A stretch of DNA of 64,000 nucleotides from Candidatus Cloacimonadales bacterium (GTDB taxonomy: Bacteria > Cloacimonadota > Cloacimonadia > Cloacimonadales > JAFGVF01). The notes beneath the pieces are model-generated. The model did no database searches and was not told where the DNA came from. It worked only from the letters and a program-made list of their open reading frames with translations. A program made the position numbers and the translations under genes. Below, one piece after another: positions 18,381 through 27,571 of the stretch (its first letter is position 1; each line of letters starts with the position of its first letter). Location: contig CAXXJV010000001.1 in NCBI GenBank assembly GCA_963663475.2, positions 388,279-452,278 of the forward strand. The letters are read 5' to 3'.

Positions 18381-20027
18381 ATGGTTTTTCTTATAATAGC
18401 ATTGTTAAGTTCTCCGCTATTTGTTCAAGCATATGAAATAGTTTGGAGAACAAATTTTGAGAATGAAGAAGGTTACGGTTATAACGGAGATAATTTATAC
18501 TTACCTACAGATGAGTGGAGTATTGATTTACGGGGAACATCTTTATCTAATCGCTATTACAAAGTAGAAAATGGTATTCTAGAAGGTAAAAGATTTTTAT
18601 GTTCATACCAACTTAATGACAATCTTGAAGGAGTAATCTGGCAGAGTCGAGAAATCTTGCTTAATGCAAATCAAGATTACTATTGTCTTTTTTCTTTAGG
18701 AACTTCTAGCAACTGGGATCAAGGTTATACTGGCTTATTATGTGATTTTATCAAGCTAGGTTATTATGATGATAATCAGAATTATCATCAAGTCTATTTA
18801 AAAGACGGTGTAACTAATCGGGGAAGAATAACTGGTATGATCAGGAATACAAGTTCATGTAAGCTAGTAGTTGAAGTAGATATGAATGCTTATGATGAAT
18901 TTTTTCATTTAATATCTGCAGGGATATATAAAGCTACTTCACTGGGTAATTCTTCCGACTTGATCATCAGCAAACTCTGTTCTCCTAGTTTTTTCGAAGG
19001 GGATGAAAGATATATCCAAATTACTAACATAGGAAGCCAACTTATCGATCTTTCCCACTACAGTCTAGAAGCAATACACAATAATAATGTACTTAAGACT
19101 TGGGATTTACAAGGACTGATTATCCCTAAAGAAAGTCTGGTAATTGGGGATACTGATGCAGATGATCTTTTCTGTGATATAGGAGACAATACTTGGTCTA
19201 GAAAGAATCTTTCTTGGCAAGGGATAACAACAGACAATGATGGAGCACAATTAGTTAGGGCAAACAGCAAAGAAATAACAGATAAGGTTGTAGGGGTAAA
19301 TTTCAATAATGGCTATGCAGTAAGAGATTATTCAGCTCTATTAGCTACTAATGAAACAGATCCTAGCTCTTGGAACTATTATGAGATTGATTCTGCTAGT
19401 CAATCATATCCAGGAGTATTTGATATTGATCAAAGTCTGCCTGTTGAACTTCTATCAACAAATTTTCAATTCACTGATGCTGGTTTTTCCTTTACTTGGA
19501 CAAGCCAACAGGAAACTAATCTTATAGGATATAACCTATATTATTGGTCAAGAGAAGACCTTGCTATGGCAATTAAAGTTAATTCTCACATGATATTTGC
19601 CAACAATTCAGTACAATTTAATTCTTATTCTTATCCTTTGACTGAACTTGCTAGTTCAGGTTATCTGTGGTTAGAAATAGTTTCCAGCAATCAGGCAAGT
19701 ATTTTTACTAAAGCCACTTATTACAATAAAGATAATTTAGCAGATAATCAAGATGCTCTAGAAATTATAGATTCAGAAATAATAGCAGTCTATCCAAATC
19801 CTTTTGGTTTGGGAGCTTTACTGGAAATTAAGCAAAAACAAGAGGAGATTGAGCAAATTTGCCTTTATAATATTAAAGGTCAATTAGTAGGAGAGGTTAC
19901 AGTTCAAAAATCTGTTGGTAAATATAAGCTTGATAAAGTAACCGCTAACCTAGCTAGTGGAATCTATTTTCTGCAAGTAAAATTTAAAAATTCAGTAATA
20001 AATAAGAAACTTATCTTGACTAAATAA
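18381..20027 (+). CDS. Secreted protein with a lamin-tail-like domain and a T9SS C-terminal sorting domain
   Basis: 548 aa with a signal peptide. LTD-like segment DLIISKLCSPSFFEGDERYIQITNIGSQLIDLSHYSL. C-terminal Por-type tail VYPNPF...GIYFLQVKF...KKLILTK. Confidence 0.6.
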   Translation: MVFLIIALLSSPLFVQAYEIVWRTNFENEEGYGYNGDNLYLPTDEWSIDLRGTSLSNRYYKVENGILEGKRFLCSYQLNDNLEGVIWQSREILLNANQDYYCLFSLGTSSNWDQGYTGLLCDFIKLGYYDDNQNYHQVYLKDGVTNRGRITGMIRNTSSCKLVVEVDMNAYDEFFHLISAGIYKATSLGNSSDLIISKLCSPSFFEGDERYIQITNIGSQLIDLSHYSLEAIHNNNVLKTWDLQGLIIPKESLVIGDTDADDLFCDIGDNTWSRKNLSWQGITTDNDGAQLVRANSKEITDKVVGVNFNNGYAVRDYSALLATNETDPSSWNYYEIDSASQSYPGVFDIDQSLPVELLSTNFQFTDAGFSFTWTSQQETNLIGYNLYYWSREDLAMAIKVNSHMIFANNSVQFNSYSYPLTELASSGYLWLEIVSSNQASIFTKATYYNKDNLADNQDALEIIDSEIIAVYPNPFGLGALLEIKQKQEEIEQICLYNIKGQLVGEVTVQKSVGKYKLDKVTANLASGIYFLQVKFKNSVINKKLILTK

Positions 20028-20189
20028 GATTTAATTATTGTATGTTATAAAAAGTGATTTATCTTGTTTTAAATGCTGTTAAATAAACAATAAGGGAAGA
20101 TAAAATAAATGAAAATTGTGTAAAATATTTATTCAGCTCAAGGATAATTGAGTTTATTTATATTTATCAAAAAAAAGAATGAGGGTAGA

Positions 20190-23100
20190 ATGAAAAAACT
20201 TATCTTTATAATGCTAATTATAGCCAATGTGTGGACACTCTTAGCAATAACTAAAGAGGTCATAGATAATGAGTCCCAGTTAATTATAGAAGTAACTAAC
20301 AATGATTTTAAGATTTCTGATGAAGGAGATTTTCTTAGTATAACTGCCCCCAATACCTCTTCTGGTGGCCAAGCTGGACAAGCTAATATTCCTTATTATG
20401 TCATGCAATTATCTACACCAGAGAACTTTACTCCGCAAGTAAGTATAAATGTTTTAGAATCCAAAACTATTTCTCTGAGCAAGGCAATTCAACCAATACC
20501 TGATGTTGTAAAAGGTAAATCTACAAACAGATATATTTATCAACTTAAAGAAGATAAATATAGAGAGAAATTACCTCAAATTCAGATTTCCCCAAATCAA
20601 AACTTTAGGTCTATATCTTTTACAGAAATCAGATTTAACCCTTTTCAATACAATTATGATAATAAAACTTTGGAAATCATAACAAAAGCTGAACTTATTA
20701 CTTGGATCCCTAAGTCTAAGACTAAAGGCAAGCAGTTAGATAGACTTGAAAATGATTTTGTTACTGGATTAATTCAACCTGAAGAATACCATGTAGCTAA
20801 AGTAAAATACCGTGATATAAACTTCAGTGATTTTTCTGTGGCTAATCACTGGTATAAAATTGAAGTTGACCAAGACGGTATCCAGGCTCTTACTTATAAT
20901 AAGCTCCAGGACCTACTTCCAGTTGATGATATTGACCCAAGGAACTTTAGAATATTTACCACTGGTGGACAGAAGATGTATGAAAAAGAAGCAGATGCTG
21001 GCAATCCTTTTAGGGAAATACCTCTCTTAATTGAAGGTGAAGCTGATGGCTCTTTTGATAATAATGATAGAATTATTTTCTATGCAAGAGATAGAAATGA
21101 TTATGATTACCTCAGTAAGTTAAGCGACTTCATGGCTATCAACCCCTATTCTGATAAGGGTATCTACTGGTTAACATTTGATGCTGTTTTAAGCTCCTTG
21201 CCCCTAAGAATGGACTATGAAACTGATTTAACTTCTCCAAACATTACAAGAAGTAATAATCCCCAATCAAGTAGATATGAAAGAGAGTTTTATAAAAGGC
21301 TTCAGACTAATCTTTACTGGTATTCAAATTTCTTAACAGGAAGCTCAACTACAACAAATTCCTTTGATTTATCTGTTTCTGATCTTGACCCTTCAGATAA
21401 TAACGCCAACAGTAGAGTTAAAGCTGTCTTAATCGAAGAGTATAACGGATCTTCCTATTCCTCTAAAAGACATGAAGCTTATCTGTCCCTTAACAACCTA
21501 AAAGTTTCTGATAATAATGTCTGGTATGGCTACACTTACAAAGAAATCATAGGTCAAGCTAACAATCTTACCAACGGTAATAATAGTGTTTCTGTTACTA
21601 TTGAAAGAAATAGATCTGATAATCTCTATCTTGATTATATAGAAATTCAATACATAATGAAAAATATAAAACACTCAGGCAAGCAATTAGGTATTAATTT
21701 TAGAGATGAAGATCTTGGCCAAACTATTAGATATTCTGTAGAAGGATCCTTTAGTTCAAATACAAGAATCTTCTCAACTAATGATATCTATGATGTGAAA
21801 ATGCTTAACTATTCTCTGCAAGGTAATTCCCTCAGATTCAATGGCTTTACCCCCTTTTCTAACCTTAATAAATCAGAATACTATGTGCCTAAATTCTACG
21901 TTACCAACAATGACTACCTTACACCTAATATTGAAGCTGTTGAACCTGTAGATATAATTTCTCAGTCCCTTAATAAAGAAAGTATCATTATTTATCCTAA
22001 TGACTTCTCTGAGCAAGCCTTGAGACTTAAAGCTATCTACGAAAATATTTATAATTCACCAACAGTAGCTCTTAACTTGACAGATATTTTCAACCAGTTC
22101 TCTGGTGGAATGGATGATCCTACTGCTATCAGAAACTTCCTTTCCCATCTCTATAGCTTAGAAGTTGGTAAAAACTTGCATTATGTAACTCTACTAGGTA
22201 TTGGTACTTATGATTGGAAAAACTATAAAGCCTTTTCTGCTGATAAAAATCAAATGATTATCTATCAACAAGGGAACTCCTCAACTAATGATGCTGTAAC
22301 TTCTGATGACTATTTTGCTTATCTTACTCAAAACAGATTCCCTGAACTTGCCATAGGTAGATATCCAGCTAAAAATCAAAATGAATTAAACATGATGCTG
22401 GATAAATTTGAAGTATATTCAAATAAAGACTTTACTATTGACTGGTGGAGAAATACAGGCCTCTTTGTAGCTGATGATTTGAAAAATGGTACTGCTACAA
22501 ATGAGACTAGTCATACTGTCCAGCTAAATCAAGCTATAGATAATGCTCCTCCGTCTCTCATTAATGAAAGAATTTATGCTTATCTCTATGAACCTGACGA
22601 GTTTGGTAAGAAACCAAATGCTCGTAAAGACTTTATTGACGCTATAAATCAAGGAGCGCTTTTAACTTATTACTCAGGACATGGATCTTATGACCAATTA
22701 GGTACTGAGGCTTATTTCCGCCAAGGTATTGACACTCCCCTCCTCACAAACGACCTAAAAAGAACTTTCTTTATATCAGCAGCTTGTGATGTTTCTCAGT
22801 TCGATAGTCCTGACTTTGATTGTTTATCTTCTGATCTACTCAAATATGATGCTGGCGGTGCTATTGCAACTTATGGATCTACCAGACTTTGTTACATTCC
22901 AAACAATAATATTATGGTAGGAAATCTCCTATATTTTGCTTTAGATAATAGACATGATATTGGTACTGCTATTATGCTATCAAAGACAAGAGAAACATCT
23001 TCAGATTCTAATACCATAAACCAATCTAAATATATACTCTTTGGAGATCCCCATCTGGAAATAACCCCTCCTGAAAGCAGAAATAATATTGTATTTGAAA

Positions 23101-24071
23101 ATAATACAAACTCTTTCAAAGCTAGAGAGACTGTTAAGTTCTCAGGGGAACTAGCTTCTACTAATATCCAACTAGCTAAAATCTTAGCTTTTCAATCTGA
23201 TACTTTTACCAGTTTGGGGGGTCGAGATATACTCCTACCTGGAAACTATATCTTTAATGGTCAAACAAGTTTAACTAATGGTCTATACTCTTCAGCCTTT
23301 GTTGTACCTGATGATATAACTGATGGAGAATTAGGTAAAATATTAGTTTATGGTATAGATGAATCTAGTAATCAAGAGTTTTTGGATTATTATTATCCGG
23401 TAGAATTTGCTGGTCAAAGCTCCAATATTGTAAATGATTCACCACCAGAAATATCACTTTGGTTAGAATCATACGACTTCAGAGAGGGAGATGTAGTTTC
23501 CCAAAATCCACTGCTCCTTGTTGAAATTAGTGATGAGAACGGAATTAATGTTTCTGGTGGTTCAGGACATCAACTACTCTTAATGATAGATAATGACTTC
23601 AATTCTTATGACATTACTCCATTTTTCAAATATGATATTGATTCTTATCAGTCTGGTAAATTAGAATATCTTATCAATGACCTTAATCCAGGTAACCACA
23701 TTCTTAAAATACTAGCTTTTGATAACCTTAATCAACCATCTGTAAAAACTACAAGCTTTAAAGTTAGTGATTCATCTGAAATTTCCATCTCAAACATCCT
23801 ACCTTACCCAAACCCTATGCCTAAAAGTGGAGGCGATTTTACCTTCATGCTTAGTAGTGATGCTGAGATAAATATTGATATCTATACCTTTACTGGTAAA
23901 AAAATTAATAGTCTCAAATCATTTGCCACTAAAGGCTTTAATACAGTTAGGTGGAATGGCAGAGATAAATCAGGGGACCAACTGGCTAATAATACTTATT
24001 TCTATATCATTAAAGCTACTGCTGAAGGGAAAAGTGTAAGTAAGAGAGAAAAATTTATAATACTAGATTAA
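20190..24071 (+). CDS. Peptidase C25 (gingipain-like cysteine protease) with a C-terminal T9SS/FlgD-Ig-like sorting domain
   Basis: His/Cys dyad context YYSGHGSY and FISAACDVSQF. C-terminal PYPNPM..NTYFYIIKA tail. I start at ATG 20190 (MKKLIFIML signal peptide, GAGGG SD) rather than the track start at 20148. Confidence 0.8.
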   Translation: MKKLIFIMLIIANVWTLLAITKEVIDNESQLIIEVTNNDFKISDEGDFLSITAPNTSSGGQAGQANIPYYVMQLSTPENFTPQVSINVLESKTISLSKAIQPIPDVVKGKSTNRYIYQLKEDKYREKLPQIQISPNQNFRSISFTEIRFNPFQYNYDNKTLEIITKAELITWIPKSKTKGKQLDRLENDFVTGLIQPEEYHVAKVKYRDINFSDFSVANHWYKIEVDQDGIQALTYNKLQDLLPVDDIDPRNFRIFTTGGQKMYEKEADAGNPFREIPLLIEGEADGSFDNNDRIIFYARDRNDYDYLSKLSDFMAINPYSDKGIYWLTFDAVLSSLPLRMDYETDLTSPNITRSNNPQSSRYEREFYKRLQTNLYWYSNFLTGSSTTTNSFDLSVSDLDPSDNNANSRVKAVLIEEYNGSSYSSKRHEAYLSLNNLKVSDNNVWYGYTYKEIIGQANNLTNGNNSVSVTIERNRSDNLYLDYIEIQYIMKNIKHSGKQLGINFRDEDLGQTIRYSVEGSFSSNTRIFSTNDIYDVKMLNYSLQGNSLRFNGFTPFSNLNKSEYYVPKFYVTNNDYLTPNIEAVEPVDIISQSLNKESIIIYPNDFSEQALRLKAIYENIYNSPTVALNLTDIFNQFSGGMDDPTAIRNFLSHLYSLEVGKNLHYVTLLGIGTYDWKNYKAFSADKNQMIIYQQGNSSTNDAVTSDDYFAYLTQNRFPELAIGRYPAKNQNELNMMLDKFEVYSNKDFTIDWWRNTGLFVADDLKNGTATNETSHTVQLNQAIDNAPPSLINERIYAYLYEPDEFGKKPNARKDFIDAINQGALLTYYSGHGSYDQLGTEAYFRQGIDTPLLTNDLKRTFFISAACDVSQFDSPDFDCLSSDLLKYDAGGAIATYGSTRLCYIPNNNIMVGNLLYFALDNRHDIGTAIMLSKTRETSSDSNTINQSKYILFGDPHLEITPPESRNNIVFENNTNSFKARETVKFSGELASTNIQLAKILAFQSDTFTSLGGRDILLPGNYIFNGQTSLTNGLYSSAFVVPDDITDGELGKILVYGIDESSNQEFLDYYYPVEFAGQSSNIVNDSPPEISLWLESYDFREGDVVSQNPLLLVEISDENGINVSGGSGHQLLLMIDNDFNSYDITPFFKYDIDSYQSGKLEYLINDLNPGNHILKILAFDNLNQPSVKTTSFKVSDSSEISISNILPYPNPMPKSGGDFTFMLSSDAEINIDIYTFTGKKINSLKSFATKGFNTVRWNGRDKSGDQLANNTYFYIIKATAEGKSVSKREKFIILD

Positions 24072-24081
24072 TAGAGGAAAA

Positions 24082-25101
24082 ATGCTAAAACAAAATAAAA
24101 GAGTAATAGAAAAAAATCTATCTCTTAAGAAGATTAATAACCTAATCTTAGGAAACACATCACGTCTTATTTCTAATTTTACTCATAAGAGCCATATTTG
24201 GGGTTATCCGACCGCTGTAATGATTGAACCGACCAATATATGCAATTTGAAATGCCCTCTTTGTCCATCTGGAAATGGGACTCTTAAGCGAGCTAAAGGA
24301 TATATGAAATTATCACTCTTTAAAAAAGTGATAGATGAAATTAAAGATTACTCAACTATGGTTATTCTGTGGAATCAAGGAGAACCTTACCTCAATCCAG
24401 AGATTAACCAAATGATTAAGTATGCAACTGATGCGGGACTATTCACCTTAATTTCTACAAACCTTAATGCTGATATGGATGCTGAAGCAGTAGTTAAATC
24501 AGGTATCGACAGTATGATTGTTTCTCTTGATGGAGCCACTCAGGAAACTTATAATCAATATAGGGTTAATGGAGAATTGGATAAAGTGCTAGCTAATGTA
24601 AAAGCCCTTGTGCAAGCAAAAAAGAAACTTAATTCTCCAAGTCCAATAATTAGATGGCAATTCCTTGTCATGAAACATAATGAGCATGAAATTGAACAAA
24701 TAAAGCAGATGGCTAAAGAACTTGAAGTTGATCAACTCAGCTTTAAAACAATCCAAATCTATACTAAGGAAGATATTAAATTCTTACCTGATAATCCTAA
24801 GTATAGACGCTACAATATCTCAGGAAATGATTTTGAAATTAAGTTTAAAATGGAAAATAAGTGCCGAAGAATGTGGCAACAACCAGTTGTAAATTGGAAT
24901 GGTGATGTTGCTATTTGCTGCTTTGATAAAGATATTGATTTCCCTGTAGGCAATGTAAGAGACCAATCATTACTATCAATCTGGCATGGGAAAGATTTTC
25001 AAAAGATGAGAAATGCAATTCTTACAAATAGGAAAGCCTTTGAAATCTGTAGAAATTGTGGAGAAGGTGTAAAGTTAAGAATTCAAGAAAAGAATAACTA
25101 A
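24082..25101 (+). CDS. Radical SAM / SPASM-domain protein
   Basis: 339 aa. CNLKCPLC (CxxxCxxC) cluster and a C-terminal Cys-rich SPASM-like region (CRRMW..VAICCFD..CRNCGEG). It starts 10 nt after the C25 stop. Confidence 0.85.
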   Translation: MLKQNKRVIEKNLSLKKINNLILGNTSRLISNFTHKSHIWGYPTAVMIEPTNICNLKCPLCPSGNGTLKRAKGYMKLSLFKKVIDEIKDYSTMVILWNQGEPYLNPEINQMIKYATDAGLFTLISTNLNADMDAEAVVKSGIDSMIVSLDGATQETYNQYRVNGELDKVLANVKALVQAKKKLNSPSPIIRWQFLVMKHNEHEIEQIKQMAKELEVDQLSFKTIQIYTKEDIKFLPDNPKYRRYNISGNDFEIKFKMENKCRRMWQQPVVNWNGDVAICCFDKDIDFPVGNVRDQSLLSIWHGKDFQKMRNAILTNRKAFEICRNCGEGVKLRIQEKNN

Positions 25102-25105
25102 CTAA

Positions 25106-25191
25106 TCCCAGCTAGTGTAGTAGAACTTTAGTAATACTTGGCTAAAGCTACGTATCACAGGTGAAGAGTGCAGATTATTCTTCTGCAAAAT
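25106..25191 (+). mobile_element. Truncated MITE-like element (left half of the long form)
   Basis: It matches 7056-7140, including the 30-nt segment TAATACTTG.CTAAAGCT.CGTATCACAGGT. It ends abruptly at the TTAAA preceding the next copy. Confidence 0.7.
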
Positions 25192-25195
25192 TAAA

Positions 25196-25356
25196 CCCAG
25201 ATAGTGTAGTAGAGCTTTAGTGAAGAGTGCAGATTATTCTAGCAAAATAGCTTACAGAATTTTGACGCATATATTTTATATATTCGGAGAAATTATGGAA
25301 GTTACTTTTGCAGAAGAATATAGTGCTGTTCACAAAGGTCTACTGCATTATTTGGG
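25196..25356 (+). mobile_element. MITE-like element (161 bp)
   Basis: Two differences from 12076-12236 (GGATCTTAC vs GGAAGTTAC). Flanked by TTAAA (25191-25195 and 25357-25361). Confidence 0.9.
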
Positions 25357-25374
25357 TTAAAACTCCTATAAGGG

Positions 25375-25520
25375 GTGCAGGCTACTGGCAAAGTCAAATT
25401 CTCTGAGCCCTGGAAGGACGACATTATTATTGCATTCTCAGATGTTAACAGAATCACCGTTCGAAGTCCCTTACCTAGCATTGAGAATGGTCAACTTTTG
25501 TTTAGCAATTGGCCTTTCCT
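25375..25520 (-). repeat. GC-rich module, inverted relative to the 13912 and 55020 copies
   Basis: The reverse complement of 25455-25490 reads ATTCTCAATGCTAGGTAAGGGACTTCGAACGGTG, matching the shared core. Confidence 0.55.
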
Positions 25521-25533
25521 TGCTTATTCCTTT

Positions 25534-25582
25534 CTTTACACTCTTTCGATGAAAGTCCAGATTTCATCGAAAGAGTGTAAAG
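25534..25582. repeat. Hairpin-family repeat, copy 2
   Basis: CTTTACACTCTTTCGATGAAA-GTCCAGA-TTTCATCGAAAGAGTGTAAAG. A compensatory C-G pair replaces the G-C pair of the other copies. Confidence 0.8.
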
Positions 25583-25622
25583 GAAGGATTAGGGATGCAA
25601 TAGTCTATTTTTATAAATTTAT

Positions 25623-25680
25623 CCCGAATAGTGCAGGAGAGCTTTAGAGAAGATTTCAATAATTTTCTGCAAAAGTAAGC
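25623..25680 (+). mobile_element. Partial MITE-like element (left arm)
   Basis: CCCGAATAGTGCAGGAGAGCTTTAGAGAAG..., preceded by TTTAT. No right end is present. Confidence 0.55.
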
Positions 25681-26041
25681 TAGGTAAATTGGCTCAAGTT
25701 CAAGTCTGGTGGCAATAATATAGGAAAATGAGAATATTCATTACTATATTGATTCATCAAAAATCCCTGAAAGGGATAAAAAATAATTTAGCCCAGGGTA
25801 AGATGCTGACTTATGAAGGCGTAGCTTTAGCGAAGATTCAAAGTATCGCAACCCTGGATAATGATGGCAACCCAAAGATATTACTCTGTAAGGGTTTAAT
25901 AAAAGGATAAATAATGTAAAAAAAAAGCCAACATCTTACATAGGTTTATTTTCCTAAACAAGTGTTGGCTATATATTTATTAAATCTTAAATTTATAGAT
26001 TGAGCTAGTAAATACTAAGCAAATCTAAAAATTTCAATTAA

Positions 26042-26203
26042 CCCGAATGGTGCAGTAGAACTTTGATGAAGAGTGCTAGATTCTTTTAGCAAAATAAGTT
26101 ACAGAATTTGAAGGCATATAATATATATATTCCTGAAAATTATGTAGCTTACTTTTGCAAAAGAAGATAGTGCTATTCGCAAAGGTCTACTGCATTATTT
26201 GGG
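26042..26203 (+). mobile_element. MITE-like element (162 bp)
   Basis: CCCGAATGGTGCAGTAGA...TCTACTGCATTATTTGGG, flanked by ATTAA (26037-26041 and 26204-26208). It abuts the ackA stop codon. Confidence 0.9.
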
Positions 26204-26204
26204 A

Positions 26205-27431
26205 TTAATCTTCTTTTTCTAAATCTAAACGACTTTTAATGATTTTTTCTGTTTCTATAGCAATCATTAACTCTTCATTAGTTTGAACTTTTAAAACTTT
26301 CACCTTACTATCTTCTGCTGAAATATCTAAAGTTCCACCAACCCACTGATTGTTGTTCTTTTTATCAATCTTAACACCTAGATAATCCATATCTTCACAA
26401 ACTAACTCACGTAAGATTGGCATATTTTCACCAACACCACCTGTAAAGACTATTACATCTACACCATTCATTGCTGCAGCATAAGCTCCAATATATTTTT
26501 TGATTCTGTAAGCATAAACATCATGAGCTCTAATTGCTCTATGATCATGGTCTTTAAGAATTCCATCTTCAATAGTTCTCATATCATTAGATAATTGAGA
26601 CAAGCCTAACATACCAGATTTTTTATTGAGAAGATTATTAACTTCTGCAGAAGACATATCTAAATTTTCTTGTAAAAATAATGGAATAGCAGGATCTAAA
26701 TCTCCACAACGTGTTCCCATTACAAGTCCTTCAAGAGGAGTTAATCCCATTGAAGTATCTACAGAATCTCCATTCATAACTGCAGTAATAGAAGCACCAT
26801 TTCCAACATGACAAGTAATTATTTTTAAATCTGTAACAGCTTTACCTAAAAATTCAGCAGCTTTTAAAGAAACATACTTATGAGAAGTCCCATGGAATCC
26901 ATATCTTCTTATTTTATGTTCAACATAAAGTTCGTAAGGAATTGCATATAAATAAGCTTTTTCAGGCATTGTTTGGTGGAAAGCAGTATCAAAAACACCA
27001 CATTGAGGTGTTCCTGGAAGATATTTATAAACAGCTTCAATACCTTTGATATTGGCAGGGTTATGTAAAGGAGCTAAATGAGTGCATTCTTTTAAAGCAT
27101 GAACAACAGCATCATCAATATAAACTGATCCTGAGAAATATTCACCAGCATGAACAACCCTATGTCCTACAGCATCAATTTCTGCTGGAGAACTTATACA
27201 ACCTTTGTTTTTATCTAATAAAAGATCTATGATATCTTTTAATCCTTGTTCATGATTAGCTATAACCATTTCTTTCTTTTTGAAAGTATGTCTTTCACTT
27301 TTATAAGTAAAAAGAGAAGTTTCATCGCCAATATTTTCAACAATACCTTCAGCTAAAAGTTGCTCATTTTCTTTGTTAATCAATTGATATTTGATTGATG
27401 AGCTACCACAATTTAATACTAATATCTTCAT
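26205..27431 (-). CDS. ackA: Acetate kinase
   Basis: MKILVLNCGSSSIKYQL start and full-length AckA motifs. The track start at 27449 is a TTG codon. ATG 27431 has an AGGAGA SD upstream. Confidence 0.95.
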   Translation of the reverse strand: MKILVLNCGSSSIKYQLINKENEQLLAEGIVENIGDETSLFTYKSERHTFKKKEMVIANHEQGLKDIIDLLLDKNKGCISSPAEIDAVGHRVVHAGEYFSGSVYIDDAVVHALKECTHLAPLHNPANIKGIEAVYKYLPGTPQCGVFDTAFHQTMPEKAYLYAIPYELYVEHKIRRYGFHGTSHKYVSLKAAEFLGKAVTDLKIITCHVGNGASITAVMNGDSVDTSMGLTPLEGLVMGTRCGDLDPAIPLFLQENLDMSSAEVNNLLNKKSGMLGLSQLSNDMRTIEDGILKDHDHRAIRAHDVYAYRIKKYIGAYAAAMNGVDVIVFTGGVGENMPILRELVCEDMDYLGVKIDKKNNNQWVGGTLDISAEDSKVKVLKVQTNEELMIAIETEKIIKSRLDLEKED

Positions 27432-27514
27432 TATGTCTCCTATTCTCAATATAATTTATAATTATGGGTTCAGGATTTAAAATATTGGGATAGTGTCAAA
27501 TAAAATTTGCTGAT

Positions 27515-27549
27515 AAAAAAGAAAAAGAGTAAGATAAATATCCTACTCT
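27515..27549 (-). terminator. Rho-independent terminator after the Ton-like operon
   Basis: On the minus strand, a 10-bp stem (AGAGTAGGAT / ATCTTACTCT, one G-U pair) with a 4-nt loop is followed by TTTTCTTTTTT. Confidence 0.7.
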
Positions 27550-27571
27550 TTATAATTTATTCTTAGCTAGA

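Noticed and set aside
25375-25910. ORFs 25375-25647 (90 aa) and 25728-25910 (60 aa) in the repeat hotspot.
   Set aside because: The first spans the inverted GC-rich module and the hairpin repeat. The second has only AGGAAA immediately abutting the ATG, with no proper spacing, and no recognisable family. Neither is reported as a gene. The 60-aa ORF remains a very weak small-protein candidate.
27432-27449. N-terminal extensions in the ORF track at ackA (27449), the permease (52884), the OM barrel gene (38830) and the C25 peptidase (20148).
   Set aside because: The first three track starts are TTG or GTG codons without an SD, and the C25 track start (20148) is an upstream ATG. Downstream ATGs have good SD sequences and give canonical N-termini or signal peptides.
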